Below the pieces are notes generated by a model, which ran no database searches, was not told the DNA's origin, and saw only the letters and a list, made by a program, of their open reading frames with translations. The position numbers were made by a program, and so were the translations under genes. Shown one piece after another: positions 13,110 through 26,150 of a stretch of 64,000 nucleotides of DNA. The stretch is from Azolla caroliniana. Taxonomy: Eukaryota; Plantae; Polypodiophyta. The stretch spans positions 4,278,001 through 4,342,000 of the forward strand of contig JBHGNT010000003.1 of NCBI GenBank assembly GCA_043228905.1. Reading direction: 5' to 3'. Every line of letters begins with the position of its first letter. Position 1 is the first letter of the stretch.

Positions 13110-16100
13110 GTACTTCAATCATGTCCACCTTCCCCAGGTAAAAGCCTCTTTAGGATTTTGTAGGAATCGACAACGGTTCGGTTTCGGCTTAACTAGTTTG
13201 GCCTTGTCCAAACCAAACCGGTTAAGGCTTAATTAATTTGACCAAACTATTTAAGCCTTTAGGATTTTGTAGGAATCGGCAACGGTTGGGTTTCGGCATA
13301 ACCAATTTGGTCACAACTTAACTGATTTGGCCTAACTATTTAAGCCTAAACCGGTTTGGACAAATCGTTTAGCCTTATCCGGTTTGGCCCAACCCAGTTC
13401 TGCTCGGCTTGAGCCTTGCCAAACCGAGCTCAAACTGGTTTACGAAGCTCAAGCTTGAATCGAGCTGAGTTGAGCCGCCAAACCGTTTAAAAATAGTTTA
13501 ATGGCTCAGTTTAGGCTTGAACCAAGCCGTTGCCAACTCCTAAGCCTAGATATAACACCCCTTGCCCCAATATACCTAGCCATGGATACTCTGCCGTAAT
13601 GTTAGTTCTGGAAACCACAATGTCACTAATGATAGTTGTAGAAAAATGGCTGAGGTTGATTGACTGTAAGTGGTCCAATGGAGGCGAGACCCATATGACT
13701 ATAATTAGCATGCCCATATGACACAACCCATTGTAGGCAACCATAGTTGGACAACCTTGAGTATGGGTTGAGAGTTGACAAATACCATTACCCAACTTAT
13801 GTATATAATATATCTCTCCTTTATTAGAATCATGAGATGTTGGAACACTATAGGGAAGCTACACAAGGAAGAAGTTCATCTTTCACATTGTAATGCTCAT
13901 TAAATGTGCTCGTTGTAATGGTTTTTGTAGATGTTGCAAGGGGTACATGCCTTCTTGGCCCAAGTACTCACGTTCCTGAATGAACCAATATGTGGGGATA
14001 ATATGATAAAGAGCACAACTAACTCGATTCCTATGGTTGATTTCGACACAAATTTGTTTGGCCTCGACACAAATACATCGGCAAACACAACATTATTTGG
14101 CCTAATGGACACCCTTGAAACTCCATTTAATCACCCTAACACTACCTTTGCTAGTTATAATTCTCCTCACCATCATAACTCCAACAACATCTCGATTGCG
14201 AATATGCTTGAAGACACTAATGACCATTGCTTGTACATTAACAATGCCATGTTGCCAACTCGATTAAATCATGATGACCAATTCTCCATCGATCATTTAC
14301 AATCTCTAGTCAATTTTGCACCCAACTTGGAAGAAACCCATGACCTTCCCACATTGCCTAATGTTAATCAACAACATTTTCATAATGATGCTCCACATCA
14401 CGTTAGTTCTACTGAGGGTACCCTCGATACACATTTCTCAAGCCCTTTGTCATCATGCCCAATAAGCTCATCACATCTTCAAAATAGTTCTCCTATAAGT
14501 CCAATGACTTCTTGGAGTAGCTCTCACTCCATAAGTTCTCCCAATAGTGTATTCAAGCCTTGGACCCCACTTCATAGCAGTATTGAAAGGAAACGTAGTC
14601 CTTCTGAGTTATGCCCATCTCTTCTAACAAGGTGTCTTCGCTATTGGCTCCCAAATCTCAAATCATTAGAGCCCATAAACTCAAATATGGATGCGAACAT
14701 GTCAAGTGCCTCCACACATTCAACCTCTCGACTTCTTCCAGTTAACAGAATTGCTAGGATGGAAAGTAGCACAAGAATACAGTTTTCAAACGAAGGCTCT
14801 ACACAACATGTGATAAGTGAGCGAAAACGAAGGCAGCGACAAAAGGAGAACTTCAATGCTCTCAAGGCACTTGTGCCAAGCATCACTAAGGTATTGTTAT
14901 TTGTTACCTAATCTTCTTGATTCAAACTAATGAATATATAAATGTATATTGTTATTTAATGTTTAATACACTAATGCACGTAGACAAAGCATTGAGGGGC
15001 CCATTTAGTACATTGCCTCCATTCAAGGTTAGTATAAGAGTCCCTTCCCTACAATGCCTAATCTTAGTTGACTAGTGGCCCACTAAGTATATATATATTA
15101 TAGATAAAGCTTGGTTATGAGAAGTCATTTAAGATGTCCATTTAGTACAATATCTATCAATGCCTTACTTTTGTATATAATGATGTACTATATCCTTTTT
15201 ACTTTCTTGAACTTCGTGCATAAGCAATTAGGTATGTTTGATGCATAATCCATGTCACGGGAATGAATCATTATCACTCTTTTTCGCATCATGAAACAAA
15301 TAAGAAAATCTCAACATGTAGCAAACTTACACCATTTATCCTAAAAATATGACCACATCAACATGATTGCAAACGAAATTCATTTATGAATCAAATGAAG
15401 ACTATGGTGTGTCTCAATGAGAGCCTTGTGGTCAAAATATGTATGTATAGATTGTGTGTCTTTAATAATTAGAGATGAACTTAAACTTAATACATTTCCT
15501 ACATACACTATGCTTAAATTTTAAAGAACTATTGTTGTCTATTGGAACAGAGAGATAAGGTGACAATTCTCCAACATTCAGTTCGATATATTAAGCAACT
15601 AAAGCATCGAATTGAAGAACTTGAACAACAACTGAAGGATACAATAGCTATTAGGTCAAATGGAGTAAATGATCACATTAGCAATATGGCACGCAACCAA
15701 CCTCCTTTAGTTAAAAATCCAGATCCCCAATTAGATTTAACACAGGGTTTTCCATTACCTAATGGAGCTAGATATTTAGTAACATGCCATTCATATGGGC
15801 CGCCATCTACATTTCATCTGGCAATGAGCCTCAATAAAAACATAAAAGATATCAATGATGTTATGTTGAATATTATAAGTTCCATCAAAAGTAAGGGACT
15901 TGAATTTGTTTGTGCCCCACCCATGCCTTCTTCAAGTTCCTCAAACCTTAATATCAAGATAATTGTGAGAACAAAGGTATGTAAAGAATATAATTCCAAT
16001 TTTTCATGCAAATTTGCACACAAATGATTTTTTTATATTTTAACTTGAGAATCTATGGCATTCATAATGCAGGAAGTGACAAATGGTACATTATGTTCAA

Positions 16101-16162
16101 ACACCCTAGTAGAAATTGAAGATTGGTGGAGACAATTAGTCATGGCAATTGAAACAACATAA
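11375..16162 (+). CDS. MYC-type bHLH transcription factor, tandem copy B, 686 aa. Exons 11375-11676, 12220-12339, 12485-12569, 12786-12800, 12926-12988, 13931-14890, 15551-15976, 16073-16162
   Basis: Eight GT-AG exons total 2061 nt with no internal stop. N-terminal LIQLCHCSYYCIWKP...GLAGLA...DASIQ-TLLWIPLHEGAEVMELGTT matches a bHLH-MYC N domain. The bHLH has H5-E9-R13, followed by an ACT-like C-terminus. The start codon is inferred. Confidence 0.88.
13161..13542. mobile_element. MITE related to the 8449-8844 element, in bHLH-B intron 5, with a 109-bp duplication of its left end
   Basis: TAGGAATCG(A/G)CAACGG at 13161 and 13270. Imperfect inverted end GTTGCCAACTCCTA at 13529-13542. AAACCG/CGGTTT motifs inside. 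Absent from the homologous intron of copy A. No clear TSD. Confidence 0.7.
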
Positions 16163-17739
16163 ACAAGTGTAAACCTAGTCCACAATTTGGTAGGGAGAGC
16201 CTAAATTGAGACTTGGAAAGCTTCCTCCATGTGAAGGTCCTCTTTTCATGTCACTCATGTGCCTTTTGTGAGGATATTAACTCTAAGGTGGTCATGAGAG
16301 AAAGAGAGAGAGAAGGAATGTAAGTATATGTAATTTTATAATGTATAAAGCTCTTTCATTTTTGGAGGTCCCGGTTCTTTTTAAGAGGCAATATTTTGAT
16401 GTATTTATGTTTTATAACACCTTCATGTTTAGGATAATTGTTCTTTTTTTTGTCAAAGTTCTTTTTGGTTTATGAATTTAATATGGCCACTATACATTCT
16501 TTATAAATAAGAGTCCCTAATTTCAATCTTAATTTAAATGGTTCGGTTCACTGTAGCATTCGAATAATTGTGGCATTTGGAAATTTGCTTACGTATGTGC
16601 AATGCTAGAGAGTGAAGGTGAATTGCGTCAAAGACCATGGACCCCGGTAGAGCTTAAGAGAGCAAGGATCATTGTGACCAAAGATGATATCATTGATGCT
16701 GAAATATTGAAAGTGTGTTTTATAACATGTCAGCATTGCGTTGTCATTTTGTAATAGATGGTTTACGCAATTGATTCCTATGTTCAAACTTAAAAGTTGA
16801 AAAATCTCATTTCTTCTTTAAGTAAATAAATTGTCTAGGGTCCACATAATATTACAAGCAACAAAATCTCATATCTAATAGTGCTAATGATCTCTTGTCT
16901 TTTAAAGCAGTCGATATCCCCTAGAGTGGATAAGTTATCTAGCTAAGTAAATTAGTTACTTGATTGTATTGATATCCCCTAGAGTGCATAAGTTATCTAG
17001 CTAAGTAAATTAGTTACTTGATTGGCCAAATATGTTTAGTGTTAGTGGGCTCTTTTTGTGATAGTGTTAGTATGGATATGCTTTCAAGTGCATAAGTTAT
17101 CTTGCTCACTAAATTTAGCTAGTTGACTGACTAAATATCATTTCTTTTTAAATTTATTTGGTCTTACATTACGTATGCATGTAGTTTACATAGATATTAA
17201 GACATGGATTATTAAGAGAGAGAGAGAGAGAGAGGAAGAAAATATATATTTTAGAGGGAAGACTTTGTATATTGACATCCCCATCACCAAAGAATTTGAC
17301 AAGAAACATGTTTTTTATATGTTTTGTAGTATATATATAAGCATTGACAAGTACATCACAACCATCGTCATGTATTCCTCTGCTATCATGTCGACTACAT
17401 CATTAGATGCATCATGTATTGATGAATTGACTTTGGGGGCTGAGTAAAGGTAAAGTTTTAAGTCGCTAGATCTAGTGTGATAATGGATGACGCATACAAA
17501 TGGTTTGAGTACCTAGCCTTAAATGGTTATACCTTTTTTAGTTTTGTGTAAGTGATTAGATATAAACGCACGAGCATATTTCCCATGTGGAATTTCCCAA
17601 ATGAGTCAAATTTGCATATGCCAAAAATGATTCATTTATACATAATATGTGGCCACATATATGTCATCACCAATGTGATAGGTACGAAACCATACTTTAC
17701 ATTATACGACAAACTCGTAGACTTTGTTTTATACATGGC

Positions 17740-17807
<68 letters not shown>

Positions 17808-20023
17808 ATTGTGCACACACATACATATGTGTGTGTTCTTGGCGCACACACTTCTACACAAAAAATCAATCGGATGGAGAACTTCTTGAAGGGTCCATTT
17901 GGGAAAGTTGACAAACAAGAACATATGTGGATCCTAGTATGTGGAATTCTGAAGGTAATTATATGCCTTTGTGCCATTAAAATAAAATTTTGCATAACTA
18001 TCAAACCAAGATTCACCATCTTATTGAATTCACATTACGAACTTTCTTTTCCATCCTAAGGAGATAGAGAATTTCCCAAGCTCTGTTGTTGTCACTTGAC
18101 CAGTCTCAAACTTCGTCGTCATGAGAGCACTAAGTGTTGAAGTACAATATCATATTCTAAGCATCTTGAAGATTATTCCAAACAAATAATGTGGCAACTA
18201 TAAACTCATCAATGATCTTCAACCATGTGTATGGTTACCCTCCCCAAAGCACTTTGTGGTGCATATATGACTCCATGAAACTGAATTCATGCCTATGCAT
18301 TTTCCCGTAATATATACTTTAGTGAGCAAGCCAATTGAATAAATGGTTTCTTTGGCCATAGTGGAAGAAAAATCATGGAAATCATTTTTTATACCAATTT
18401 GAGTTAGCAAACAAACACATCTAAGAATTCTAATGTACAAATGTATCTAGGATAATGGTGAGACATCAACACCAGCTACAAGGTAACCTAGTTGGTGACA
18501 AAAAAATATTATCTTGTTTTAGTATTTGTTCATGCCATCCATGATCACAAGATGTCCTTCAATCAATCAAATAAGCATAAACATGCATATCAATGTTGAA
18601 AGTTGATACTAAGTGAAAGTTCATACCTCCATTACTTTATTTATATTATCAACTAGAGTTTTTAAGACCATGAGTCAATCATCTTCCAATGGTATCTCTC
18701 TACATTCAATTAAATTATGTATCACAAAAATAACCCGGACAGTACTAATGCCAAACAATCATGGGTTGAATAGCATCCTTATCATAGTGACCATGTCAAA
18801 GCTATCATCATAGTCAATCTACCATGTAGAATAATATACAACACTAAACCCAACCCCAAGGTGAAAGGGAGGTGCCCCATCCTTTCATCATAACCCATAT
18901 GATACATAAGTTGGGCAACAACATACCAACTTCAATTGTCGTATGCCTCTTCAAATCTAGTTTTATAATTACAAATTTATGTTCTAGTTCCTTTGCATAA
19001 TCCACAACCATTTATGCACTCAAATATGTAGTGTGATGGATGTTTCTACCTACAATAGACAACATCTTTCCAACTAAATTTGCTATAACTTTGGTAAAAT
19101 GTTAATCCATCAAGGTTTCAAATATACGTGAACACAACGAAAATAGTGTGATTCATTAATACTATTTTTGGAAGGTACTTAGATCATATACACAAGTTTT
19201 CACTTGCTCAATAGACTCTCAAATCATATCATAGAACTTTCGACATCTATCTTAAATGTTTGGATGGGCTTGAGTATAAATAAATTTCCAAGTCCAATCC
19301 ATCCAAACAACTGGTCGAACTATAAGAATTCCATGAAATGTTATAAGAATATTTGTAATACCACCACAGCTATTCTAACCATTCTTAAGAATCCAAGTTG
19401 TGAACAAATTGTTGTAGGATCCTGAGTTATATGACATTCCTTCTTGTTTGTTCCATGGCACAACCTTCATTATCTGCCAAACATTTCCATTCAAAAACCA
19501 CAACTAACCATTACCTCATTGTTCGTTCCATCAGACAACGGAATGTTTGTATCCTATTACACTTACTGCATAGTTCTAAACTGGTAATGTTTCATGTTTC
19601 TGTACATGGTACATGCTCTGTAAATATTTAAACTTGTTGCATGCATATTAAGGTTCTTTGTTTTACTAAAATCAAGGACAAGATACATTCGTAATTTTCA
19701 GTTGGTCATTTAATCAATCAAGTATAGGCCATTATAATAATACCCCAAGGTTTGAGCTTCCATAGCATTATTTGATCAATTACATTTGACAACAATGTCC
19801 TTTTCTCAATACCCCACCTCATGTACATACATACGCACAGATGTAATTTCTCTTGCAATATGCGAGCCTCTTCTAATTCCTCCAAATTGGCATATTAAGG
19901 AACACTTTAGCATTACTTGAATATGACTTCCCCCCGAACAATAAAATGGTGGCACTTTAAACAGTTTCGCATTTGAATAGTGCTTGTTATACAAAAACAA
20001 AAAGTATCAGCCTATATATACAG

Positions 20024-23000
20024 CTAACGATTCCTTGTCCTCGAAAATTTCACCCGGCTGGCTTTTCTCTCCATCTTTTCTCTTTTTCGCTTGGTCTTTT
20101 CATCTTCGGACTCCTCCTAACAAGAAAACAACAATCATACAATCAAAACCTACTCTTAAAGATTCACACTTGAAAGCCTCAATGCATAATATAAATTAGT
20201 TACGCCATAAAAGACCCAAAAGAAATGATTACCGAAGAGGATCCTTGAAATATAAAGGGATATAAGACCAGTTGCCAAAGCTTGTAGAAGGCAAAAATCG
20301 GAATCTGCGGAATGTTAGATGCACACCAAGCATACTTAGACAAGTTCAAAGCATAAAGATTACAATTGTATATACATGGATAAAGATTATAATCGTATAA
20401 AGATTCCTCATATCCCTTGGCTGAATCCAAGATGGATTCAAATTAACCACTTCGCATAAATACTGATGTATCCATATTTCTACATAAAAATATGCTACAG
20501 ATGTAATCACTTGTTTGGTCTTATAAGCCATTTTGGCCTCTTAAAAGATGTTGATAAAGCTTTTTTTCTTTGTACCCTCTCTCTCTCCATTAAATGTCCA
20601 TCCATTCATCAACTCAAGACTTGTCATGGGTCAGGTGGTACTTCTCAATGATCGAGTGAGTGATCATTGAGAGAGAGAGACAGATGGTTACTTGAGCATT
20701 AGAGAAAGAAGAGAAGGAATCCAAAATGCAAGAAAAAGAAACACTAAAACAAAACTAGAAAAAAACCCAAGAAATGAACATGAGCAAAACCCTAAAATAT
20801 AGGAAGAGAAACCCTAAGATGCAACAAAAAACCCTAAAACACAAGTAAAATAAAACACACCAATCCTAAAACACAACAAGAAACCATAAACCCTTAGACA
20901 GTTCAACTAATTTAGCTATATATATATATATATATATATTGGTTAGTTGTTCTAAAAGATAAGACAACGTTGTAAGTCGTAATGTCTCATTCAGTTTCAC
21001 CGACCATTTTGACCTCTTCAAAGACGTTAATAAATCATTTTTTCTCTGGCAAGCTTGCGTAAGGGGTTTCACAACTTTGGATCACATATTGACCCTCTTT
21101 GCCCTTATCGAGGAGGGCAGAGAACATAATAAGAGGATTTTTTGCAGCTTTGTCAATTTCAGAAAAGCCTGACACTGATGCGTGCTCGGCTTATGCAACA
21201 GCTAGAAGCCCTTTGTATGCAATGGGGAATCTATTCACTGAATGCATCCGCGTCAGGTAAAGTGCGGTCTCCCAATGGTTTGTCAAAGGCTGTGGCTAGC
21301 ACAACCAAAGTAAAACAAGCATGCCCACTATCACCCACTCTCTTCGGCCTCTATATAGATGAGGTATCACATTTCATAGAGAGATTCAAGGGTTCAGGAG
21401 CATGCCTAGCGCCGACAGTGATACAAATATTACTATATGCTCATGGTACTGTGCTGATTTCCGACTAGCCAGAGGACCTAAAAAGATAATTAAACATCTT
21501 AAAAGTATTTTAAATGGACAAAGGTTTGTCAATAAGCAGTGATAAAACTAATGTGATGGTGTTTAACAACACCCAAGCATGCGTAACAAGATCAGAACCA
21601 GAATTCTTCTTGGGAGAGGAAAAGGTCACATATACACGCTCCTACACATACATACCTAGCAGTAACATTTACAGAGCCTAGGTTCTTACAGGAGGCTGCT
21701 TGTGCCTGACTTTCTTGTGGATATGTAGGTCCTAGCAGTAACATTTACAGGGCCTAGGTTCTCCTCACGGGAGGCTGCTTGTGCCTGACTTTCTTGTGGA
21801 TATGTAGGCCTTGGTGCCCTCGAAAGACAATGTGCACATTTACAGTTCCAAGAGCCATGAACTGAATTGTAGCAATTTGATACACTTGTGATACCAATTT
21901 ATGGAGTAAAAACTTGGGGACTGAGTCCTAACAAGGAAAATAACTGGAAAGATTTAGAGAAACCTTTGTTTCAATGAGTGCCAACATGATAAGGAGCAAA
22001 GCATCAGTACCCCTGAAATAATTCAGGCAGAGATAGCCCCAATAATCATCGAGACATTACTCTGATCAATGATCTGTATCGAACGGCTTTGGGAGCTCCA
22101 TAAAAGAATGTACTCAATGGCCATTATGTCATCAAGACAACTTGCTGAACATGGAGTCATTCATTATTGGTACACTAAAAGGCAACAATGGTTCGAGTCG
22201 CCTGGCATATGCATAAATGCACTACCCCTGTTCCAATATAGTTTGGATTGTCCCCATCTAAACATGACCAAGGTGGAAAAGCATAGAGTCATCCAACTGA
22301 TGTTACTACTTGGAAAACAAGATAACATGGATCAGCCCCAAAAATATCACTCGGTACAAAGATGGCCCCTATAAGACTAGTTTTTACACACATCAGAGGC
22401 TGGATTTATCATCAGACCATCTTATATGGGTATACATCCATCCTATGCCCTGCACAGTGTGAAGGGCAGCTGCAAACTTCATCACATCAGTGTGACTAAG
22501 GTAGGAAGATATGCACGAATACCTCTAGAAGAAAGAATTTGTGAATTGTGTTATCAAAAAGTGGAATCTAAAGAATACTATGTTTGTAACTGTAGTGTTT
22601 TTTATGAAATAAGAGATGGTATCTCTTTAAACAAGGCTGGCCCACTACACAAGGTAATGGAATATGAAGAACGATGGAGCTTGGGACTTCTCTTGCTAGG
22701 ACTCAAGAGACACAGGGAAAAATTGTTAAGACAACACAACCACACAAGCTCATCAACAATGAACAACCATAACTTTCTTTAGCCCCATCATTCCTCTCAT
22801 GCTACAAGTCAATCAAGGGCTACATAAATGGGCTCCCCACCAGGACATCACAAAGGAATTACAATAGATCAGGCAATAGCATTTTGTTGTGCTCGTAGGC
22901 CCCAGCCCCATGGACCACGATCTCACCCCCCTTGTCGTCAACAAGTAAAGACCATTATCCCCTGCCACCAAAGGTGCTTCCCTTGCTCCGGAGGCCTCTC

Positions 23001-25173
23001 CATTTTGGATCGACCTGGTTACTTCTACTTGTCTCAGAGATTAAGACCTGGTTACTTCTAGAGTCCTGTAGATTCATGTTTCCGGGTAATTCTGTTGTGC
23101 TTGCTGAAACCCCTCTTTTTTCCAACCTTCTCTAATTGGATTCATATAAAGAAATACCTACCAGGATACCAAGCTTTGGGCCAGTTAGTGCATCTTGTTA
23201 AATCTTCTAAACTCAAGCATAGTTTCGATGATTATCAGTTAGATGAAAGCAATTTATTGCTTTCAGAAGTTAATTACTCCTGTTGAACAAGTTTGGATCA
23301 GTCCAAAACGAGCACAAACCCTCCTGCAACAGCCACACAAGCAGCTCAAATGAAAAAACCACCTTCGAATGGATAGTAGGGGAGTTCGATGAGATCACAA
23401 GAGTTTAGGGTTGTTGGGGTGTTTTAGGGATTTTTAAGCCTCCATATCCCCCACCCACATTATACACCCATCAGGTTGCAGATATCCCACACATCACACG
23501 CCCCTACAACAACCCCAATAATGCATACCCCCATTCTAATAATAATAATCTTCGTAAACCTAATCTAACAAGAATTTATCGAAAACACAAAGCCTCCTAC
23601 TAACACCTCACGACCTCCATCTCCACGTCCACTTCATTTGTTCCTCATACCACCCACACAGACTAACCCAGTGGCCTACCCACTTCCCAAACATCTGGAT
23701 CAGAAAAACCCCATATGCAACCTCTCTCACTAAAAAACAACATAAGAGCCATGAACATAACAGACAGAGGAAAAGTTCATATCAACATTGAAGCCAACAT
23801 TGTTTTGGGCACAGTTTAGGAAGGTCAAAGAAATCATACCACCAGGTACACCAACCAAAATTTATCTGAAATGATGGATGTCAACTGCACAAATATTGTG
23901 ATGTACAACACATCATGTAAATAACTGCCAAAACCAAAAGTAACATTCACATCTATTAGAGGCTCCTTTGAGGGTATTGTAATAGGAAGAGAAAGAATTA
24001 CCTGCAAAGTCCACCACCTTTCATGTCAAAGCCCCCATCAATAAGTTCACCATTGTCATCGTATGCAGGCTTTGCCATCCCAGCAATTTGATCATAGGTA
24101 AATTTGTAGGCCCCAGAGGTGACCAACAAACCAATCCAGTGCTTCCATGTAAATGATGAATAGAAAATGATGGCCCTTACGAGGATATAGACACCCTGCA
24201 AATGAAGCCTAAAGATTCAATGGGCATGCTTGTTTCATTGAGGAATTTAATATCTCCATATCGATATTGTGATCATCACACCATGTTAATAAATTTGAAG
24301 CTCAATAAGAAAGTTGAGATAAGTGTAGAAAAGATTTTGAGGTGAACAGTGACCAAGGCACATCCGTATGCCAATGGATCTCAACAAGTGAACCGAACTG
24401 TAACGATGGAACCTATAACAAATTCTTACGTAACCAATTACCAACATTCCAGAACATAGGGCCATACATATCTATATGTACATGTATTCTGATTTTAAAA
24501 CTCAAATGTGAAGCTTTCTTCAGAGATTCTTGACATTGCTTGGTTCTTGCCCATTGACAATAAGTAGATTCTTTAGAAATAGCAAATCATCCAAGAAGGC
24601 TATTAAAAGTAAACATAGAAACACTCTAGAATTTGAAGAGAAATTACTTATTGTGATCACACCACCTCCAAATCACCACATATCTCTCATATCTTCTAAT
24701 GTCAATAATGCTAACAGCATGACTTAAGTATAACACGGATAAAATTAAGAAATTGCAACTTAAAATTAAATAAAGTTCCCTATTCAAAACAACACTGCAG
24801 TCGGCATGCTGGCAAATACATGAATAACCTGGTCAAAAAGCTAATAAATAGATTTGAACTTAATATTCTGTAAATGTTGATTTTGTTATGCTTCAGCGTA
24901 CTCTTATAAGGAATAATTTCTTAATTTTTAAAGACAGATCCCTCACACAAACGTGTTAACCAGCGGGCACATAATTTTCAGCTGAAAAATCCCTACCACT
25001 TGTGTACCTATGTTTCAAGAAAAATTTCATTACTAATTCATCTAATTCCCCTTCCATAGATGAAATAATAAAAATTTATATGAAACATTGTACAGGAATT
25101 TAGTGGGAATTTTTCGAAAACTTGTTTGATGGATCTCTTCATGATTCAAAGCACTAGAAGAAAAAAGTGACCC

Positions 25174-25221
<48 letters not shown>

Positions 25222-25496
25222 CGAACAATAAATATCGATTAAATACCTCAGCTTTCGCAATCAAGGTGCGGGAAAATCGCATTGTAACATAATGAGACAG
25301 GCACAAAGAGAGATAGAGAGATGGCAAAAATGGAAACACAGATCTATAGAAGGTTATGACAAAAAGAGTAAATATTAGAAGCAAAGAGTAGGTGGCAGAG
25401 AGAGATACTCACATTGGAAGCAAGAATAAGACGTTGAAGGAGACGAATATGGCGAAGGTTCTCCTCCTTTCGCTTCTTTGCTGCCTGATTAGCCAT
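20024..25496 (-). CDS. TMEM208: TMEM208/SND2 (DUF788) family ER membrane protein, 175 aa. Exons 25496-25413, 24195-24002, 23924-23840, 20304-20233, 20116-20024
   Basis: MANQAAKKRKEEN..., AKPAYDDNGELIDGGFDMKGGGLCSYLHDVLYITIFVQLTSIISDKFW, and a basic C-terminus KRKREKMERKASRVKF. Five GT-AG exons total 528 nt, in frame. Confidence 0.93.
20490..21035 (+). mobile_element. Two 3'-terminal fragments of the intronic LINE family (about 20490-20560 and 20930-21035)
   Basis: Both match the family 3' motif TGTAATC..TTGTTTGGTCTTATA.GCCATTTTGGCCTCTTAAAAGA seen at 43400-43500 and 56830-56930. Confidence 0.7.
21040..23030 (+). mobile_element. Degenerate 5'-truncated LINE (RT plus C-terminal Cys/His motif, RTE-X/L2-like) in TMEM208 intron 3
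   Basis: RT motifs VKQACPLSPTLFGLYIDE and ILLYAHG (degenerate YADD). C-terminal VGRYARIPLEERICELCYQKVESKEYYVCNC. Stops, frameshifts and an internal duplication of about 76 bp at 21655-21810. Confidence 0.9.
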
Positions 25497-25924
25497 GGAT
25501 TCGTCTTCTCCTTCTTCCTCTCCTTCTAAAAAAAAACAGGGGTCTAAAACTATCTGCAATTACTTAAAATACTGTAGTTTCAGCGAATCACCCGAAATAC
25601 CCCTCACCCTTCTCTCTCTTGATTTTCCTTATTTCCCCAAATGCCCTTACCAGATGATGAAGAAATTAATGAAGAAGAAGAAGAGAAACACGGGTTCCGA
25701 TTCATCGTTCTGTACTATTTACGTTTGCCGCCACTTCTTCAGCAAATCACCCCCTGAATGTCTTTATGTCGGTTCAAGGCATGAATGTGAGAGCATTGGC
25801 AACAAACCTCATTGACTAGCCCTCCACACTTCACTTATAATCATTGATTAAGATCATGTGCCTCCATGGGTAAGAAGCCCTAGAGAGGAGCCTTGTATGG
25901 GTGTAACGTTTCTTTTCACGCACC

Positions 25925-26150
25925 TTTCCTAGCTGGTAAAACTTGAGAATATCATAATTTTGAGAGAACTTGGGTTCAATCCTCAGCTTGGGTAGACCCA
26001 ATGGCATATATCACAATCGGTCTGCCTTGGATGTCACAAAGATATCTATCAATCTATCAATCTATCTAGTTCAATCCTTTCCTTGAGCTAGCCCACATCT
26101 CATATATTGCAATCGGTCTCTTGTGGACGTAACAAAGATATTTATCTACC
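25925..26150 (+). mobile_element. Possible tRNA-derived SINE with a duplicated 3' half
   Basis: A-box-like TAGCTGGTAA (about 25929) and B-box-like GGGTTCAATCC (about 25972), followed by a body ending in CTATC repeats. A second diverged copy of the B-box and body lies at about 26068-26148. Confidence 0.35.

Noticed and set aside
18000-19700. Possible decayed Mutator/hAT transposase (VIMDG...VAGVD on minus)
   Set aside because: Motifs are too weak and broken, and no termini were found.
20780-20840. Three AAACCCTAA motifs (telomere/telo-box-like)
   Set aside because: Dispersed rather than tandem, and deep in an intron. No support for an interstitial telomere or promoter.
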